From: Octopus vulgaris
Taxonomy: Eukaryota
Assembly (NCBI GenBank): GCA_951406725.2
Contig: OX597815.1
Coordinates: 116,312,001 to 116,376,000, forward strand
Length of the DNA: 64,000 nt
Direction: 5' to 3'
Of the stretch, positions 1 to 12,051 are shown piece after piece. The notes under the pieces were generated by a model. The model was not told the DNA's origin, did not search any database, and saw only the letters and a program-made list of their open reading frames with translations. Made by a program: the position numbers and the translations under genes. Positions within the stretch are counted from its first letter, which is position 1, and the number at the start of each line of letters is the position of its first letter.

Positions 1-232
1 AAAGCACCATTTGAGATTGGACAATGCCAGTGTTGCCTGACTGGCCCCCATGCTGGTGGCACATAAAAAGCACCCACTACATTCTCAAAGTGGTTGGTAT
101 TAGGAAGGGCATCCAGCTGTAGAAACCTTGCTAGATCAGATTGGAGCCTGGTGCAGCCTGGCTTGCTAGTTCTCAGTCAAATGATCCAACCCATGCCAGC
201 ATGGAAAATGGTTGTTAAACGATTATGATGTT
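1..232 (+). mobile_element. Dispersed repeat identical in kind to the 3' tail of the RTE LINE (RTE 3' end or RTE-tailed SINE), ending in (GAT)n
   Basis: GTGGTTGG..TTAGGAAGGGCATCCAGCTGTAGAAAC...CCAACCCATGCCAGCATGGAAAA..GTTAAACGATGAT motif. It recurs at ~9531-9712, 9741-9907, 11890-12050 (-), 14130-14295, 19580-19864 (end of an RTE fragment), 24770-24850 and 28527-28790. Confidence 0.75.

Positions 233-330
<98 letters not shown>
233..330. repeat. (GATA)n microsatellite
   Basis: Perfect GATA run. Similar runs at 31301-31390, 37407-37486 and 49600-49650. Confidence 0.95.
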
Positions 331-795
331 GATATACACTCACACACACATGTGCGTGTGTGTATGTTTATGTATATACCATATGTGTATCTGTATTTGT
401 TTCCCCCATCCCCATTATACAATTGGTTTGTTTATACCCTATAATTTAGTAGTATGGCAAATAAAGACTGTAACCAGAGTTAAAAACATAAGTGCTGGGC
501 TTGATTTGATTGATTAAACCACTCAAGATGGTGCTCCAGCATGGCCACAGTCAACTGGCTGAAACCAATAAAAGAGTAAAGTTCTTTTCTTTTAATTCTT
601 TCACTTACACTTATTTGACTGGTGCCATGATAAGGCCCCACCAGGAAAAGTTTGAATTGATTAAATTGTTCCCATTATTTATTGTAACTTTGGTCCTTAT
701 TCTGTCAAGCTCTTTTTGCTAAGCTGCTAAATTTTGGGAAAGCAAACAAACCGACACAGGTTGTCAAGCAACAGGAGAAAATCACAGTCACACAG

Positions 796-829
<34 letters not shown>

Positions 830-974
830 CACATACATAATACATATACATATATATATATATATGTATATACATAGATATACATATAGATATACACATA
901 TTTATACATTCACACATATACACATACATATCTATCTATCTATATGATGGACTCTCCCATCATTAGATCACATA

Positions 975-1153
975 TGAGGGTTCAACAATTTCTTGCTGAA
1001 CAACCACACAGATGATTTGTTGAAATGATTGTTGAGCAACATGAAATGAAGTGCTTTGCTCCAGAATACAGCGCAATGCCCGGTCTGGGAATCGAACCCA
1101 TGATCACACAATCGTGAGTGCAACACCTTAACTACTAAGCCACGTGCCTTCAC
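975..1153 (-). mobile_element. tRNA-derived SINE
   Basis: Minus strand reads GTGAAGGCACGTGGCTTAGTAGTTAAGG (A box)...GGGTTCGATTCCC (B box), then a GTGTTCTGGAGCAAAGCACTT core like the other SINEs in the window. Confidence 0.75.
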
Positions 1154-1234
1154 ATCTGTATATATAATATATTAACCAGCATGAAGCAATCTGAAGAATA
1201 GTCTGTTTTTTATGCTACAGCACAATTATATATA

Positions 1235-2095
1235 TGGGTGTGTTAAAATTTACAGAAAAACAAAAGACGAAGACAGGCATAAGAACGACAAGCAGATGTA
1301 TTAGTTTGACACTCAGGAAAGTGAGAAAGTCTTTTACATTTCGAGCCTATGTTCCTCAACAGAAAGGAATGATAGAAAATAAACAGAGAGAGAATAAAAA
1401 AAATTGTGGATTTAGAGAACAGGCATGGCAGCTGGTTGGGAAAAAATTTTTGACAGGAAAGGTAGAAAGAAGGGGAGATAATAAAGTATTGGTGATCTCA
1501 AAACAAAGCTGTACATGCATGTGAGAATGTGTAAGTGTGTGTGTGTGTGTGTGGATAGGGGCTGGTAACTTTGATGTGTGGATGCATGTGCATTTGTAAT
1601 GTGTGGGTGTGTGGTAATGTGTGGGTGTGCAGATGGTGATGTGTGGTGTGGGTGCTGGGAAGTGGTTAGTGCTAGTGTGTGGAGTGGTGTGGGGTGATGT
1701 GACATGGCGGTGTGTGATGTGGGGTGGGGTGAAGATGTGGAAGTGGGGGTAAGGGTGGGGCATGTAGGAATGGGATGTATGGGGGTGGGGTGGATGGAGG
1801 AGAGTATCAATGAGGAGAGAAAGTGGGTAGGAGTGAAGAGAGGAAGTAGGTGACAGAGCAAGAGAGGAGAGGATGGGAGTCAGATGAAGAGAGGAGGGGA
1901 GTTGAGCAAACGAGCAAAGAGAGAAGATTAATTCCTGTTCACGGCAAAGGCAGGAGTCTGGATGGCCACTGTGCAAAGACAATCTGAGCACAGACAGGTG
2001 TTGTAGTGAATGACTGGTAGAGCGTAAATGACACAAGACCGGGGTGTCATTGCCAAGTCTGATGTCTTGGAGGTGCTCTACGAACCAGTTAGCCA
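1235..2095 (-). mobile_element. Penelope-like element 3' remnant (GIY-YIG C-terminus, CA-rich spacer, terminal HHR)
   Basis: ORF 1356..2096 begins ANWFVEHLQDIRL..PVLCHLRS..HS, homologous to DRFTEHLRDVRL..PVARHFRS at ~39650-39720. Same layout as 5030-6780 and 38094-42905. Confidence 0.8.
1331..1366 (-). ncRNA. Degenerate minimal type I hammerhead motif (CUGUUGA core variant)
   Basis: Minus strand: CTTT CTGTTGA G GAAC atag GCTC GAAA TGT A AAAG. Stem I is CTTT/AAAG. Confidence 0.5.
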
Positions 2096-2173
2096 TATAT
2101 TATATATGGTGCCCCAGCATGGCCGCAGTCTAATGACTGAAACAAATAAAAGCTAAAAGAATATATATATGTG

Positions 2174-2244
<71 letters not shown>

Positions 2245-2249
<5 letters not shown>

Positions 2250-2472
2250 GGAAATGAAGAAAATGCTGACAAATAATTGAAGTAATTTAAGTAATTTAAT
2301 TAGGTGAAAGTTCTTTTTACGGTTGCGCATTTGTTATGCTTATCAAAATATAGCATATATTTTGATAAGCATAACAAATGCGCAACCGGTAAAAAGAACT
2401 TTCACCTAATTAAATTACTTAAATTACTTCAATTATTTGTCAGCATTTTCTTCATTTCCTTTTTTATATATC
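2245..2472. repeat. Near-perfect fold-back (arms ~108 bp, 3-nt spacer) in (TA)n, with a degenerate HHR on each arm
   Basis: 2245-2352 is the reverse complement of 2356-2465. The right arm reads TTGATAA GCAT aacaa ATGC GCAA CCGG TA AAAA. Confidence 0.85.
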
Positions 2473-2503
2473 ACCACTCGTGTTCGACATCTCCTTTTTT
2501 TAA

Positions 2504-2534
<31 letters not shown>

Positions 2535-2646
2535 CATATGAAAATCTATGAGGATTACTTGATACAGTTTTTGAAGTGCAGAGATTTGATTGATTGATTG
2601 ATTCCAGTTTCAGCTTATGAGCTGTGGCCATGCTGGGGCACCGCCA

Positions 2647-2806
2647 TTTTGTTTATCTTAATTTTGAAAAATAAAATTTTTCAAAATTAAGATAAACAAA
2701 ATTCCCTTTTAATCTAAAATATATTCTCCTTCATTTTCTATAATGCTCTTCCATCTATCTGGTAGACTTGCAAGGCCTCTCTTCCAAAATACATTTGTCC
2801 ATATTC
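2647..2806 (-). mobile_element. mariner transposase C-terminal remnant with short terminal hairpin
   Basis: Minus strand translates [26 protein letters not shown], a mariner C-terminal LP.RW..GEY motif. 2647-2701 is a 24-bp-arm hairpin. Confidence 0.7.
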
Positions 2807-2908
<102 letters not shown>

Positions 2909-3029
2909 ATTATATATTATACATATATATATAATATATATTATATATATATATATGAATATGTATTATACATATATATATTATATATATATATATATAT
3001 ATGATATATATATTATATATATATTATAC

Positions 3030-3084
<55 letters not shown>

Positions 3085-3085
<1 letters not shown>

Positions 3086-3408
3086 GGCTCAGTGGTTAGA
3101 GCGTCGAGCCTACGATCGTGAGGTTGTGAGCTCAAATCCTGGACCGGGCTGTGTGTTGTGTTCTCAAGCAAGACACTTTATTTCAGGTTGCTCTAGTTCA
3201 CTCAACAGTAGACCTGAGTTGCGACGTCACAGGTGCCAAGCTGTATCGACCTTTGTCTTTCCCTTGTATAACACTGGTGGCGTGGAGAGGGGAGGCTGGT
3301 ATGCATGGGCGACTGCTGGCCTTCCATAAAACAACCTTGCCCGGACTTGTGTCTAGGAGGGTAACTTTCTAGGTGCAATCCCATGGTCATTCATGACCGA
3401 AGGGGTCA
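3085..3408 (+). mobile_element. tRNA-derived SINE
   Basis: TGGCTCAGTGGTTAGAGCG A box, GAGCTCAAATCC B-box-like, GCAAGACACTTTATTTC core. Flanked by (TA)n. Confidence 0.8.
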
Positions 3409-3409
3409 A

Positions 3410-3513
<104 letters not shown>

Positions 3514-3530
3514 CTTTTTTCCAATGGCCG

Positions 3531-3590
3531 GATAACTGAAAAGATGGACTGTGGATTTCCACCTAGGCATCCGAAACTTGGAGTTTTATC
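3531..3590 (+). ncRNA. Type I hammerhead motif, slightly degenerate core
   Basis: GATAA CTGAAAA GATG gactGTGGAtttCCACctagg CATCC GAAA CTTGGAG TT TTATC. Stem I is GATAA/TTATC and stem II is GATG/CATC. It lies in a ~115-bp insert between (TA)n runs. Confidence 0.65.
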
Positions 3591-4540
3591 ATGGCTACCG
3601 AATAATTGTCACATATTACATTTAAAGATATATATATATATATATATGATGGGTTTTCACACAGTTTCTGCCAAAACAGATTTACTCACAAAGCAAGCAT
3701 TGATAAAGCTCAGGGTTATATCTCAAGGTGCTGCCCAAGATTCCTTGTAGAAGAACCGAACCCAAAATCACATAGTTGTGAATCAAATTCATTTTATGAA
3801 AATATTTTCTCTCTGAATCATATTTCATCTTTTACCTTGAATATTCTCACGGTTACACTTACTCACCTAACTTACACAGTATCTATCAACTTACCCTCTG
3901 TAATGTGGAAGTTTGCCAAATGCTGATGCAAGATAAACAGATTCATTCTTTACTGATAGTTATTTGATCACAAACGTTGGTTATGCGCATGTAGTTACAC
4001 ACCTTTCTAAACTAAAATTTCATTCAGATTTTCTCTCTCACTTCCTCTCTATCTGTCTCTCTTTCTTCGCCTCTCTCTCTCTTTCTCTTATATTAGCTGC
4101 ACAATCGGGATTAGCATTCAATAATTGTCACATTACCCTTGACTTTGATAGAACTATCATTAATCTAACAGCTTAATCTCATTAAGCTAAGCAGATAATT
4201 GGCATTCACTCTATACACCCTGATACTTTCAGCATCTTAGTAACTTATACTGAGCAAAGTCTTACAAATTTACTTGGTTTCATCTCATTAATTGCTTCAT
4301 GGATTTCTGTAATATTAATATCTCTCAACTAGATTAACAGTATCTTAACTTATAACTTCTTGTAATTATATACTAATGAAGGAAACTCCCAATATGGTCA
4401 TTTACTATACTATAAATACAGCTGGAACTCCTTAAAATTATATCTTATCATCTTAAAAAAAAGTCCTAGATCTATGGTCCTTGAGTAGGTTTTATCTGAC
4501 AAACTATCATTGAGCTGCCTTATAAAAGTTAACCTGGTCT

Positions 4541-4699
4541 CAGTAGTATAGCTAAGGGGAAAGCAAGGGAGTAGTCTGCTTCATGTAACTCTTTTATGGA
4601 GCAGAAGTGGCACTTTTAGGCTTTCTGTATAAATCTATATAGGCCTGGGGGAAAACTTGAGGGTTGTTATTGGTGGCATACATTCTAGCCATGCTACTG
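4541..4699. mobile_element. Old hAT-like MITE
   Basis: Imperfect TIRs CAGTAGTATAGCTA / TAGCCATGCTACTG. Confidence 0.45.
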
Positions 4700-5029
4700 C
4701 CTAGGGTCACACAACAACTTTTGCTTCACATTCAGCCTTCCATATGAGGAGCATAGGGCTTCTGTTGATCAGTTTTGTCCAGGCATCAGCTAGTCTTTGT
4801 CTTTTATTTGTTTCATTCATTGAATTGTGGCCATGCTGAGGCACCACCTTCAAGGGTTTAGTCAAGCAAAACAACTGCAGCACATATTTTTTAAAGTCTG
4901 GTACTTATTTTATTGGCTTTTTTTGCCAAACCTCTGAGTTACAGGAATATAAATAAACCAACACTGATTGTCAAAAGGTGACAGGAGGCAAACACAAAAA
5001 CACACACAAATATTTCTACATGCATATAT

Positions 5030-6780
5030 ATATATATTGGTCCCAATCCCGAACTATATGGTTGTTATATTGACAACTGTATCGGTGCCACCTCACTCTC
5101 TTTTGTCCAATCTTTCCATCCTGCCCTATTTCCGACACTTCTGTCGCCTTTCTTGACATTTTGGTCAGCATTTATCACTCCACTCTCGCCATCCCTATCC
5201 ACTACAAACACACAACTCACACTCATACCTCAACTTCTCCTCCTCTCACCCTAAGCACACTAAGCTCTCCATTCCCTATTCCCAATTCCTCTGTCTGCGC
5301 AGGCTCTGCAGTGACAACCATGACTTTTAGACTCAGTCGCAACTCATGGCTCACAACTTTATCCTACGTGGATATCTCCTCACCACTACCCACACCACCC
5401 TTGCCAGAGCACTTCCATGGACCATGCATCTGCTCTCTCTCCCACACCCATCTCCCATATTCCCTCACCTACCACCTCTCCATCCAGCCTCTCCAACGCA
5501 CCATTCTCCAAGCCTTCCAGCGACTCCACTTCACACATCTTCCTTAACCAACCCCTCCCCTCCTTCAAATGAGCCTACAACCTATGTGACCTTCTAGTCC
5601 ACAGTTTCTTCCCTAAACCAACCTCCCAACCCGGCTCAATCCCCTGCTCCCACCCATGCTGCTGCACTTGCCCTTACCTCTCCAACACCACCATCCTCAC
5701 CGGCACCCATCATTGACCCTATCATATCACTGACTCCTGCACCTGCACTTCTAGCAATGTGATCTACTGCATCACCTGCTCTCTCTGTCCTTCTCCATAC
5801 ATCAGTCAAATGGGATGCCACTTGGCTGACTGGTTCGCAGAACACCTCCAAGACATCAGACTCAGCAATGACATCCGGTCTCGTGCCATTTCCGTTCTAC
5901 CAGTCATTCTTTACAACACCTGTCTGTGTTCGGATTGTCCTTGGACAGGGGCCGTCCAGACTCTTGTCTTTGCAGTGAACAGGAATTAATCTTCTCTCTT
6001 CACTTCTTTGCACCACATAGGCTAAACTCTCCTCCCCTCTTCATCTAACCCCCTCCCCTCTCCTCTCTTCCTCTCATACCCAACCACCACCCTCACACCC
6101 CACTCCCACATATCCACCCTATCCCACTCTCACCCCAACCCACACCTCACCCTTGCTTCCCCACCCTCGCCTCTCCCACACCCTAACACCACCATACCAT
6201 ACACCACCATACCATACACCACCACACCACACCACACACTACCACACCACACACCACCACACAACACATCACCACACCACACACCAATACACCACCACAC
6301 CACACACCACCATACCACACCATACACCACCACACTACCCTGCACACACAAGCACTGACCACTTCCCAGCACCCACACCATCATCCACACACCTACACAT
6401 GCACACACGCACATGTAAAAGTCACAAGCCCCCTATCCACACACACACATACACGCATACCTTCGTTTTGGGATCACCACTACTTTTTTTTATCTCCCCT
6501 TCTTCCTAGCTCTCCTGTCTGACCACCTGTCTGTCCAACATTTGCCATGATTGATCGCTAGCCACTAAACCTTTTTTTATTTTCTCTCTCTGCTTATTTC
6601 TGTTGAAGAGCATAGGCTCAAAACGTAAAAGACTTTCTCACTTCCTAAACGTTAAACTAATACATCTGTTTTGTTTACACACCTGCCTTCGTCTTTCCTA
6701 AGCGTTAAACTAATACATCTGTTTTGTTTACACACCTGCCTTCGTCTTTCATTTTGTGTCTTTGCAAATTCCAACTATAT
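5030..6780 (+). mobile_element. Degenerate Penelope-like element (RT C-terminus + GIY-YIG, CA-rich spacer, terminal HHR)
   Basis: IYCITCSLCPSPYISQMGCHLADWFAEHLQDIRL at 5759-5865 matches IYCIKCNLCGMLYVGQTGRRLSDRFTEHLRDVRL. It has many frameshifts. A ~48-bp tandem duplication lies at 6645-6748. Confidence 0.85.
6596..6631 (+). ncRNA. Degenerate minimal type I hammerhead motif (CUGUUGA core variant)
   Basis: ATTT CTGTTGA A GAGC atag GCTC AAAA CGT A AAAG. The GAAA box is mutated to AAAA. Confidence 0.5.
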
Positions 6781-6789
6781 ATAGATAAA

Positions 6790-7421
6790 ACTTACTTGGA
6801 AGAGGATGCGTGGTATTCAATCATATAATAATATAAATAATATATATATATATATGCATATATACATATGCATATGTACATACTTACATCTACATGTATA
6901 TATATATGCATATGTGACCACAGGATGTCACAAAACATGTACAACAAAAAAATACGAAGTATGAGTACATGGAATATGAAATATTTTTTTAAACAATGAA
7001 AGAAACAAATGGATTTCCTGTCCAAGCTTGATTTATGCATTTGCTACCCACAACCTCGTTTAGGCTTAGCAGCCCTTCCAGTTTTTATCATGTCGTGTTT
7101 GTGTTACCAATTTTGACCCTCTGCAAAATCCCAAATTTTATTTAATTTGCTTTGTGGGAGCAACTGTTTTATCAAAAGTGTATATTGTTGTTAAATACTC
7201 AAAGTACAAGAGTAGAAAAACAGCCAACAACTGATGAAGGGTCGTTCTTTATGTTGTTTGTCTTGTTTTCCATTTGTGTCTTTTGTTGTCCGAAAAAATA
7301 GTTCATATTCCATGTACTTGTATTCGAAATTTTGTTGTTGTACATGTTTCATAACGTCCTGTGCCCACATATGTATATATATATGGGTAGATATAAGTAT
7401 GTACATATACGTACCAATATA

Positions 7422-7470
<49 letters not shown>

Positions 7471-7500
7471 CATGTGTAGATGTAAATATGTACATATACG
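6790..7500. mobile_element. Non-coding dispersed element in inverted (fold-back) arrangement; family also at 11404-11885, 46392-46540 and 48490-48890
   Basis: 6880-7015 is a diverged reverse complement of 7268-7420. The family shares the CTTACTTGGA end, a TACATCTACATGTA low-complexity block and a (C)AACTGATGAAGGG motif. Confidence 0.6.
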
Positions 7501-7510
7501 TATGTATATA

Positions 7511-7572
<62 letters not shown>

Positions 7573-7676
7573 GTATATATATATATATATACATGTAGAT
7601 GTAGTATGTACATATACGTATGTATATATGTGTATATATGTGTAGATGTAAGTATGTACATATATGTATGTATATA

Positions 7677-7725
<49 letters not shown>

Positions 7726-7726
7726 T

Positions 7727-7780
7727 CAAAATAAGCAACAAGGATTATCCAGAAGTGGATATCCTTGTTGCTTATTTTGA
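7727..7780. repeat. Short fold-back at the start of a ~160-bp insert between (TA)n runs
   Basis: CAAAATAAGCAACAAGGAT ... ATCCTTGTTGCTTATTTTG. Confidence 0.75.
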
Positions 7781-7886
7781 TTATAATCACCTCATTTTGA
7801 ATTATATGGATAATACCATACTAAATTCTGGTGCCTTTAACTTAAGTACCAAATTCAACTGAATCTAAATTTTACTGAACTTATAT

Positions 7887-7938
<52 letters not shown>

Positions 7939-7976
7939 GTGTAGATGTATGTATATATATACATATGTATATATGC

Positions 7977-8026
<50 letters not shown>

Positions 8027-8424
8027 TATATTATATATATATAAAAATATATGTACGTATGTATACACAAACACACACACATATACACACACATGTATGA
8101 ACACACACACACATACACACATATACAGAGAATTAAATCACATACCAGAAGGCATTCTATTCAAAATCTTAACCTAAGGTAATTAATGTAATATATGTCA
8201 ATTACTAACAAAATATAATATATTCTTCTATTTCAATTTGAAGACAAGAATACATTAGGATACACTTATAATTTTGCCATATAACTTTATGTTATGAATG
8301 TCAGTGAAACTAGTGCTGTTTCAAGGTATGTATACACTAGGTAGTTATCAGGAGTATCATAAATCTAGGGGCTCAATTCTCATCTATGTACACAATGACT
8401 TGCTGTTAAGAAGCAAATACTTCT

Positions 8425-8567
8425 TTTCTTTATTGCCCACAAGGAGTCAAACATAGAGGGGACAAACAAGGACAGACAAAGGGATTAAGACAATTACATC
8501 GACCCCAGTGTGTAACTGGTACTTAATTTATCAACCCTGGAAGGATGAATGGCAAAGTCGACTGCCG
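8425..8567 (-). mobile_element. SINE 3' part (same family as 13443-13660 and 58529-58750)
   Basis: Reverse complement of GTCGACTTTGCC.TTCATCCTT...AAGTACCAGTTAC.CACTGGGGTCGATGTAAT. Confidence 0.7.
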
Positions 8568-9262
8568 CGTGGAGAACTACAATGCTGCTGAGACAGCCCA
8601 GATGAAATTGATATTCATAATGCTTTTAAATATTATTGCGTTTAGCCCTGTGTCAGCCTCAATTCCGAAAGCCTATGATAAACAAAAAAGGAAATTCAGA
8701 CTCATGATCATCCTATCTTTAATTTTTTCAGGCATTGTGTATCTAGGACGACGTTATTCAATGTTTCCTTCTTCATTTTAAAGCTTGTTAAATGTAATAC
8801 AAGGAATATTTGGCTGCCATTTCTAGCTGGTTGCACAACCACATAGACGCTCTTTCATTGGCTCAAATTCAATTTATTTAACTGCTTCTTCAGCAAGTTC
8901 AGATTCAGCTTCCATTTTTCCAAGGTTGATAAAATAAGACAATTAATGAATAGTTTGAATCAGCTCATTTGACTAGATCCATTTTTCTGCAAAAAGTGGT
9001 ATTATACTCAGTCAAAGAGGGAAAAAAAATCAATAATTTCTTGGTCTCCATTCAACCATCTTAACCTACCTAATAAGAGAAATCAAAATCTTTGTTATTT
9101 TTAAATTGTATATTTTCATTTTACATATGCGTGTGTGTATGTATGTATGTCTTTATACATACATACATACCATACATACATACATATTTTCATACATACA
9201 AATACATAGAATAAAACGATTTCCCTCTTATGTCAAGAAGTTAGACCTGTTTTAATTACACA

Positions 9263-9333
<71 letters not shown>

Positions 9334-9499
9334 ATGCATTTTCAAACTTGTCCCAGTATTTTCCTACTTAAAGCATGTGTGTAAATGCATATATGTATGT
9401 GTGTTTTTTATATTTTTATTTTCATACATACAAATACATGGAATAAAATGATTTCCCTCTTAAATCAAAAAGTTAAACCTGTTTCAATTACACATGACG

Positions 9500-9531
<32 letters not shown>

Positions 9532-9875
9532 CGGTGGCATGTAAAAAGCACCCACTACACTCTCAGAGTGGTTGGCATTAGGAAGGGCATCTAGTTGCAG
9601 AAACATTGCCAGATCAGATTGACGCCTGGTGCAGCCTACTGGCTTGCCAATCCTCAGTCAAACTGTCGAACCCATGCCAGCATGGAAAATGGATGTTAAA
9701 CGATGATGATGATACATACATGCATTACATATATATATGTAGTGGTTGGCATTAGGAAGGGCATCCAGCTGTAGAAACATTGCCAGATAAGACTGGAGCC
9801 TGGTGCAGCCTTCAGGCTTCCCAGATCCCGGTCGAACCGTCCAACCCATGCTAGCATGGAGAACAGACGTTAAAC

Positions 9876-9943
<68 letters not shown>

Positions 9944-10231
9944 AATTACTAATTAAGGGTGCTGCAAGTAGTTCCAGCATGGTTAAAAATAATACTGTCA
10001 GAAGATGACTACCACTACAAATTTTCACTGATACACATTAATTGAAATCGATGGAATGAGCAGAAATTCTAAGCCTTTTTTTCATAATTTATATACATAT
10101 GTATATATATATATATACACACACACACACGTATATATTTATATGATAAGGATATAATCATAAAAATGATTATACCAGTGGCCTATTACATAAAATGACT
10201 GTATAGGTAACATTAATTTTTTTCTTTATCT

Positions 10232-10610
10232 AATTATAAAAATATAATTATAGTTCAGGGCTACTGGAAATGACAATTGCCAATGCTAGAAGTAGATGTC
10301 AATATTAATTTTTATTATAAAAATATAATTTTAGTTAAGGGATACTGGAAATGACCATTGCCAATGCTAGAAGTAGATGTCAAATACCTATAATCCACTC
10401 AAACATTTCTTCTCTATAATCAACCACAGGTACGAACATGAGGGAACGAGCACGTATGTATTTTCTTGTACATTCCTTTGTGTTCATACCTGTGGTTGAA
10501 TATGGAAAACAAATTTTAGAGTGGATTGTCAGTATTTGACACCTACTTCTAGCAGTGGTGATGGTTATTTCCAGTAGCCCTTAACGATAATTATATTTTT
10601 ATAATTATAT
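10232..10610. repeat. Old diverged inverted repeat with a tandem duplication of the outer left arm
   Basis: 10314-10447 is a clearly alignable but multiply substituted reverse complement of 10472-10606. 10232-10304 duplicates 10314-10385. Confidence 0.8.
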
Positions 10611-10680
10611 ACATAATAAAAATTGTTATTTATATATATATCTTTATATATATATATATATATATTTATTATATAGAAGG

Positions 10681-10732
10681 AGCTTCTACAGGACTAGTAC
10701 TGTTTCATTCAAGAGAAATCTTCAGGAAGCTT
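10681..10732 (-). ncRNA. Complete type I hammerhead ribozyme (left arm of palindrome)
   Basis: Minus strand: AGCTTC CTGAAGA tTTCtcttGAAt GAAA CAG tactagtc CTG TA GAAGCT. Stem I is AGCTTC/GAAGCT, stem III is ACAG/CTGT, and the cleavage triplet is GUA. Confidence 0.8.
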
Positions 10733-10777
10733 CCTGAAGATTTCTCTTGAATGAAACAGTACTAGTCCTGTAGAACT
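10728..10777 (+). ncRNA. Type I hammerhead ribozyme (right arm of palindrome)
   Basis: Same motif on the plus strand: CTGAAGA at 10734-10740, GAAA at 10753-10756, predicted cleavage after A10772. There is a 1-nt deletion in the 3' strand of stem I. Confidence 0.75.
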
Positions 10778-10860
10778 CCTTCTATATAATAAATTAATTT
10801 TACTCTGCTATGTATTGAGTACCTTACTTACTGTGGTTAACCCCGAATCAACCCGGGACC

Positions 10861-10896
<36 letters not shown>

Positions 10897-10997
10897 TTGA
10901 TGCATTTTCAAACTTGCCCCAATATTTTTTCTACATAAAACATGTGTGTAAGAGTGTGTGTGTGTCTGTGTGCATGTATGTGTGTGTGTGAGTGTGA

Positions 10998-11043
<46 letters not shown>

Positions 11044-11046
11044 GTA

Positions 11047-11373
11047 TGTGAGGGCGCGTGGCTTAGTGGTTAGGGCATTCGGCTCATGATCGTAAGGTTG
11101 TGAGTTCGATTCCCGGCGACGCGTTGTGTCCTTGAGCAAGACACTTTATTTCACGTTGCTCCAGTCCACTCAGCTGGCAAAAATGAGTTGTACTTGTATT
11201 TCAAAGGGTCAGCCTTGTCACTCTCTGTGTCACGCTGATTATCCCCGAGAACTACGTTAAGGGTACACGTGCCTGTGGAATGCTCAGCCATTTGCACGTT
11301 AATTTCACGAGCAAGCTGTTCCGCTGATCGTATCAGCTGGGACCCTCGTCGTCGTAACTGGCGGAGTCTTTTT
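11047..11373 (+). mobile_element. tRNA-derived SINE, young copy
   Basis: TGGCTTAGTGGTTAGGG A box, GAGTTCGATTCCC B box, GTGTCCTTGAGCAAGACACTTTATTTCACG core. CpGs are retained and it ends in a T-run. Confidence 0.85.
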
Positions 11374-12051
11374 TATCTGTATAAAGTATAATATATATAT
11401 ATAGTTACTTGGAAATGGATGCGTGGTGTTCAATTATATAATAATATAAATAATACATATATATATGCATATATACATACATATATGTATATACATATAT
11501 GCACATATGGGTACAGGACATCACAAAACATAAACAACAAGAAATACGAAGACAAACTTTGGTATGCGAACAACGAGAGAAACAAATGGAAAACAAGACA
11601 AGTAACATAAAGAACGACCCTTCATCAGTTGTTGGCTGTCCATCAACTCCTCATTTTGAGCAATTAATGACATTATGAGACTTCAAAAGGCAGTTGCACC
11701 CACGAACCAAAATAAAATTTAGGATTTGCTGTGGGTCAAAGTTGGTAACAAAAACAGGACAGTGGAGACATACAACAAACCAAGCAAAAACAAACATGGA
11801 GGACCGTTAGACCAGATGAGGTAAGGTAGCAAACGCTGGAGGAATATTGTCTTTGACAAGAAAAAAGATAGAAGAGGAGACAGATAAGAGTTTCTACAGC
11901 TGGAAGCCTTTCCCAATGCCAACCCCTCTGAGAGTGTAGTGGATGCTTTTACATGCCACCAGCATGAGTGCCAGTCAGGAGGTACTGGTAATGGCCATGC
12001 TCAAATGGTGTTTTTTATGTGCCACCTGCACAGGAGCCAGTCCAGTGGCAG

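Noticed and set aside
3085-3160. tRNA gene (also 11047-11125, 27567-27640, 30042-30115)
   Set aside because: The A/B boxes continue into shared SINE bodies and no complete cloverleaf can be built. These are SINE heads.
3895-4006. Possible minus-strand host exon (tttag ... GAGG|gtaagt, one open frame KVCNYMRIT...)
   Set aside because: The polypyrimidine tract is weak, there is no recognisable protein similarity and no partner exons were found. It cannot be supported without RNA-seq.
7191-8177. IY/YI-rich ORFs here and throughout the window
   Set aside because: These are translations of (TA)n, (TG)n and (TACA)n microsatellites.
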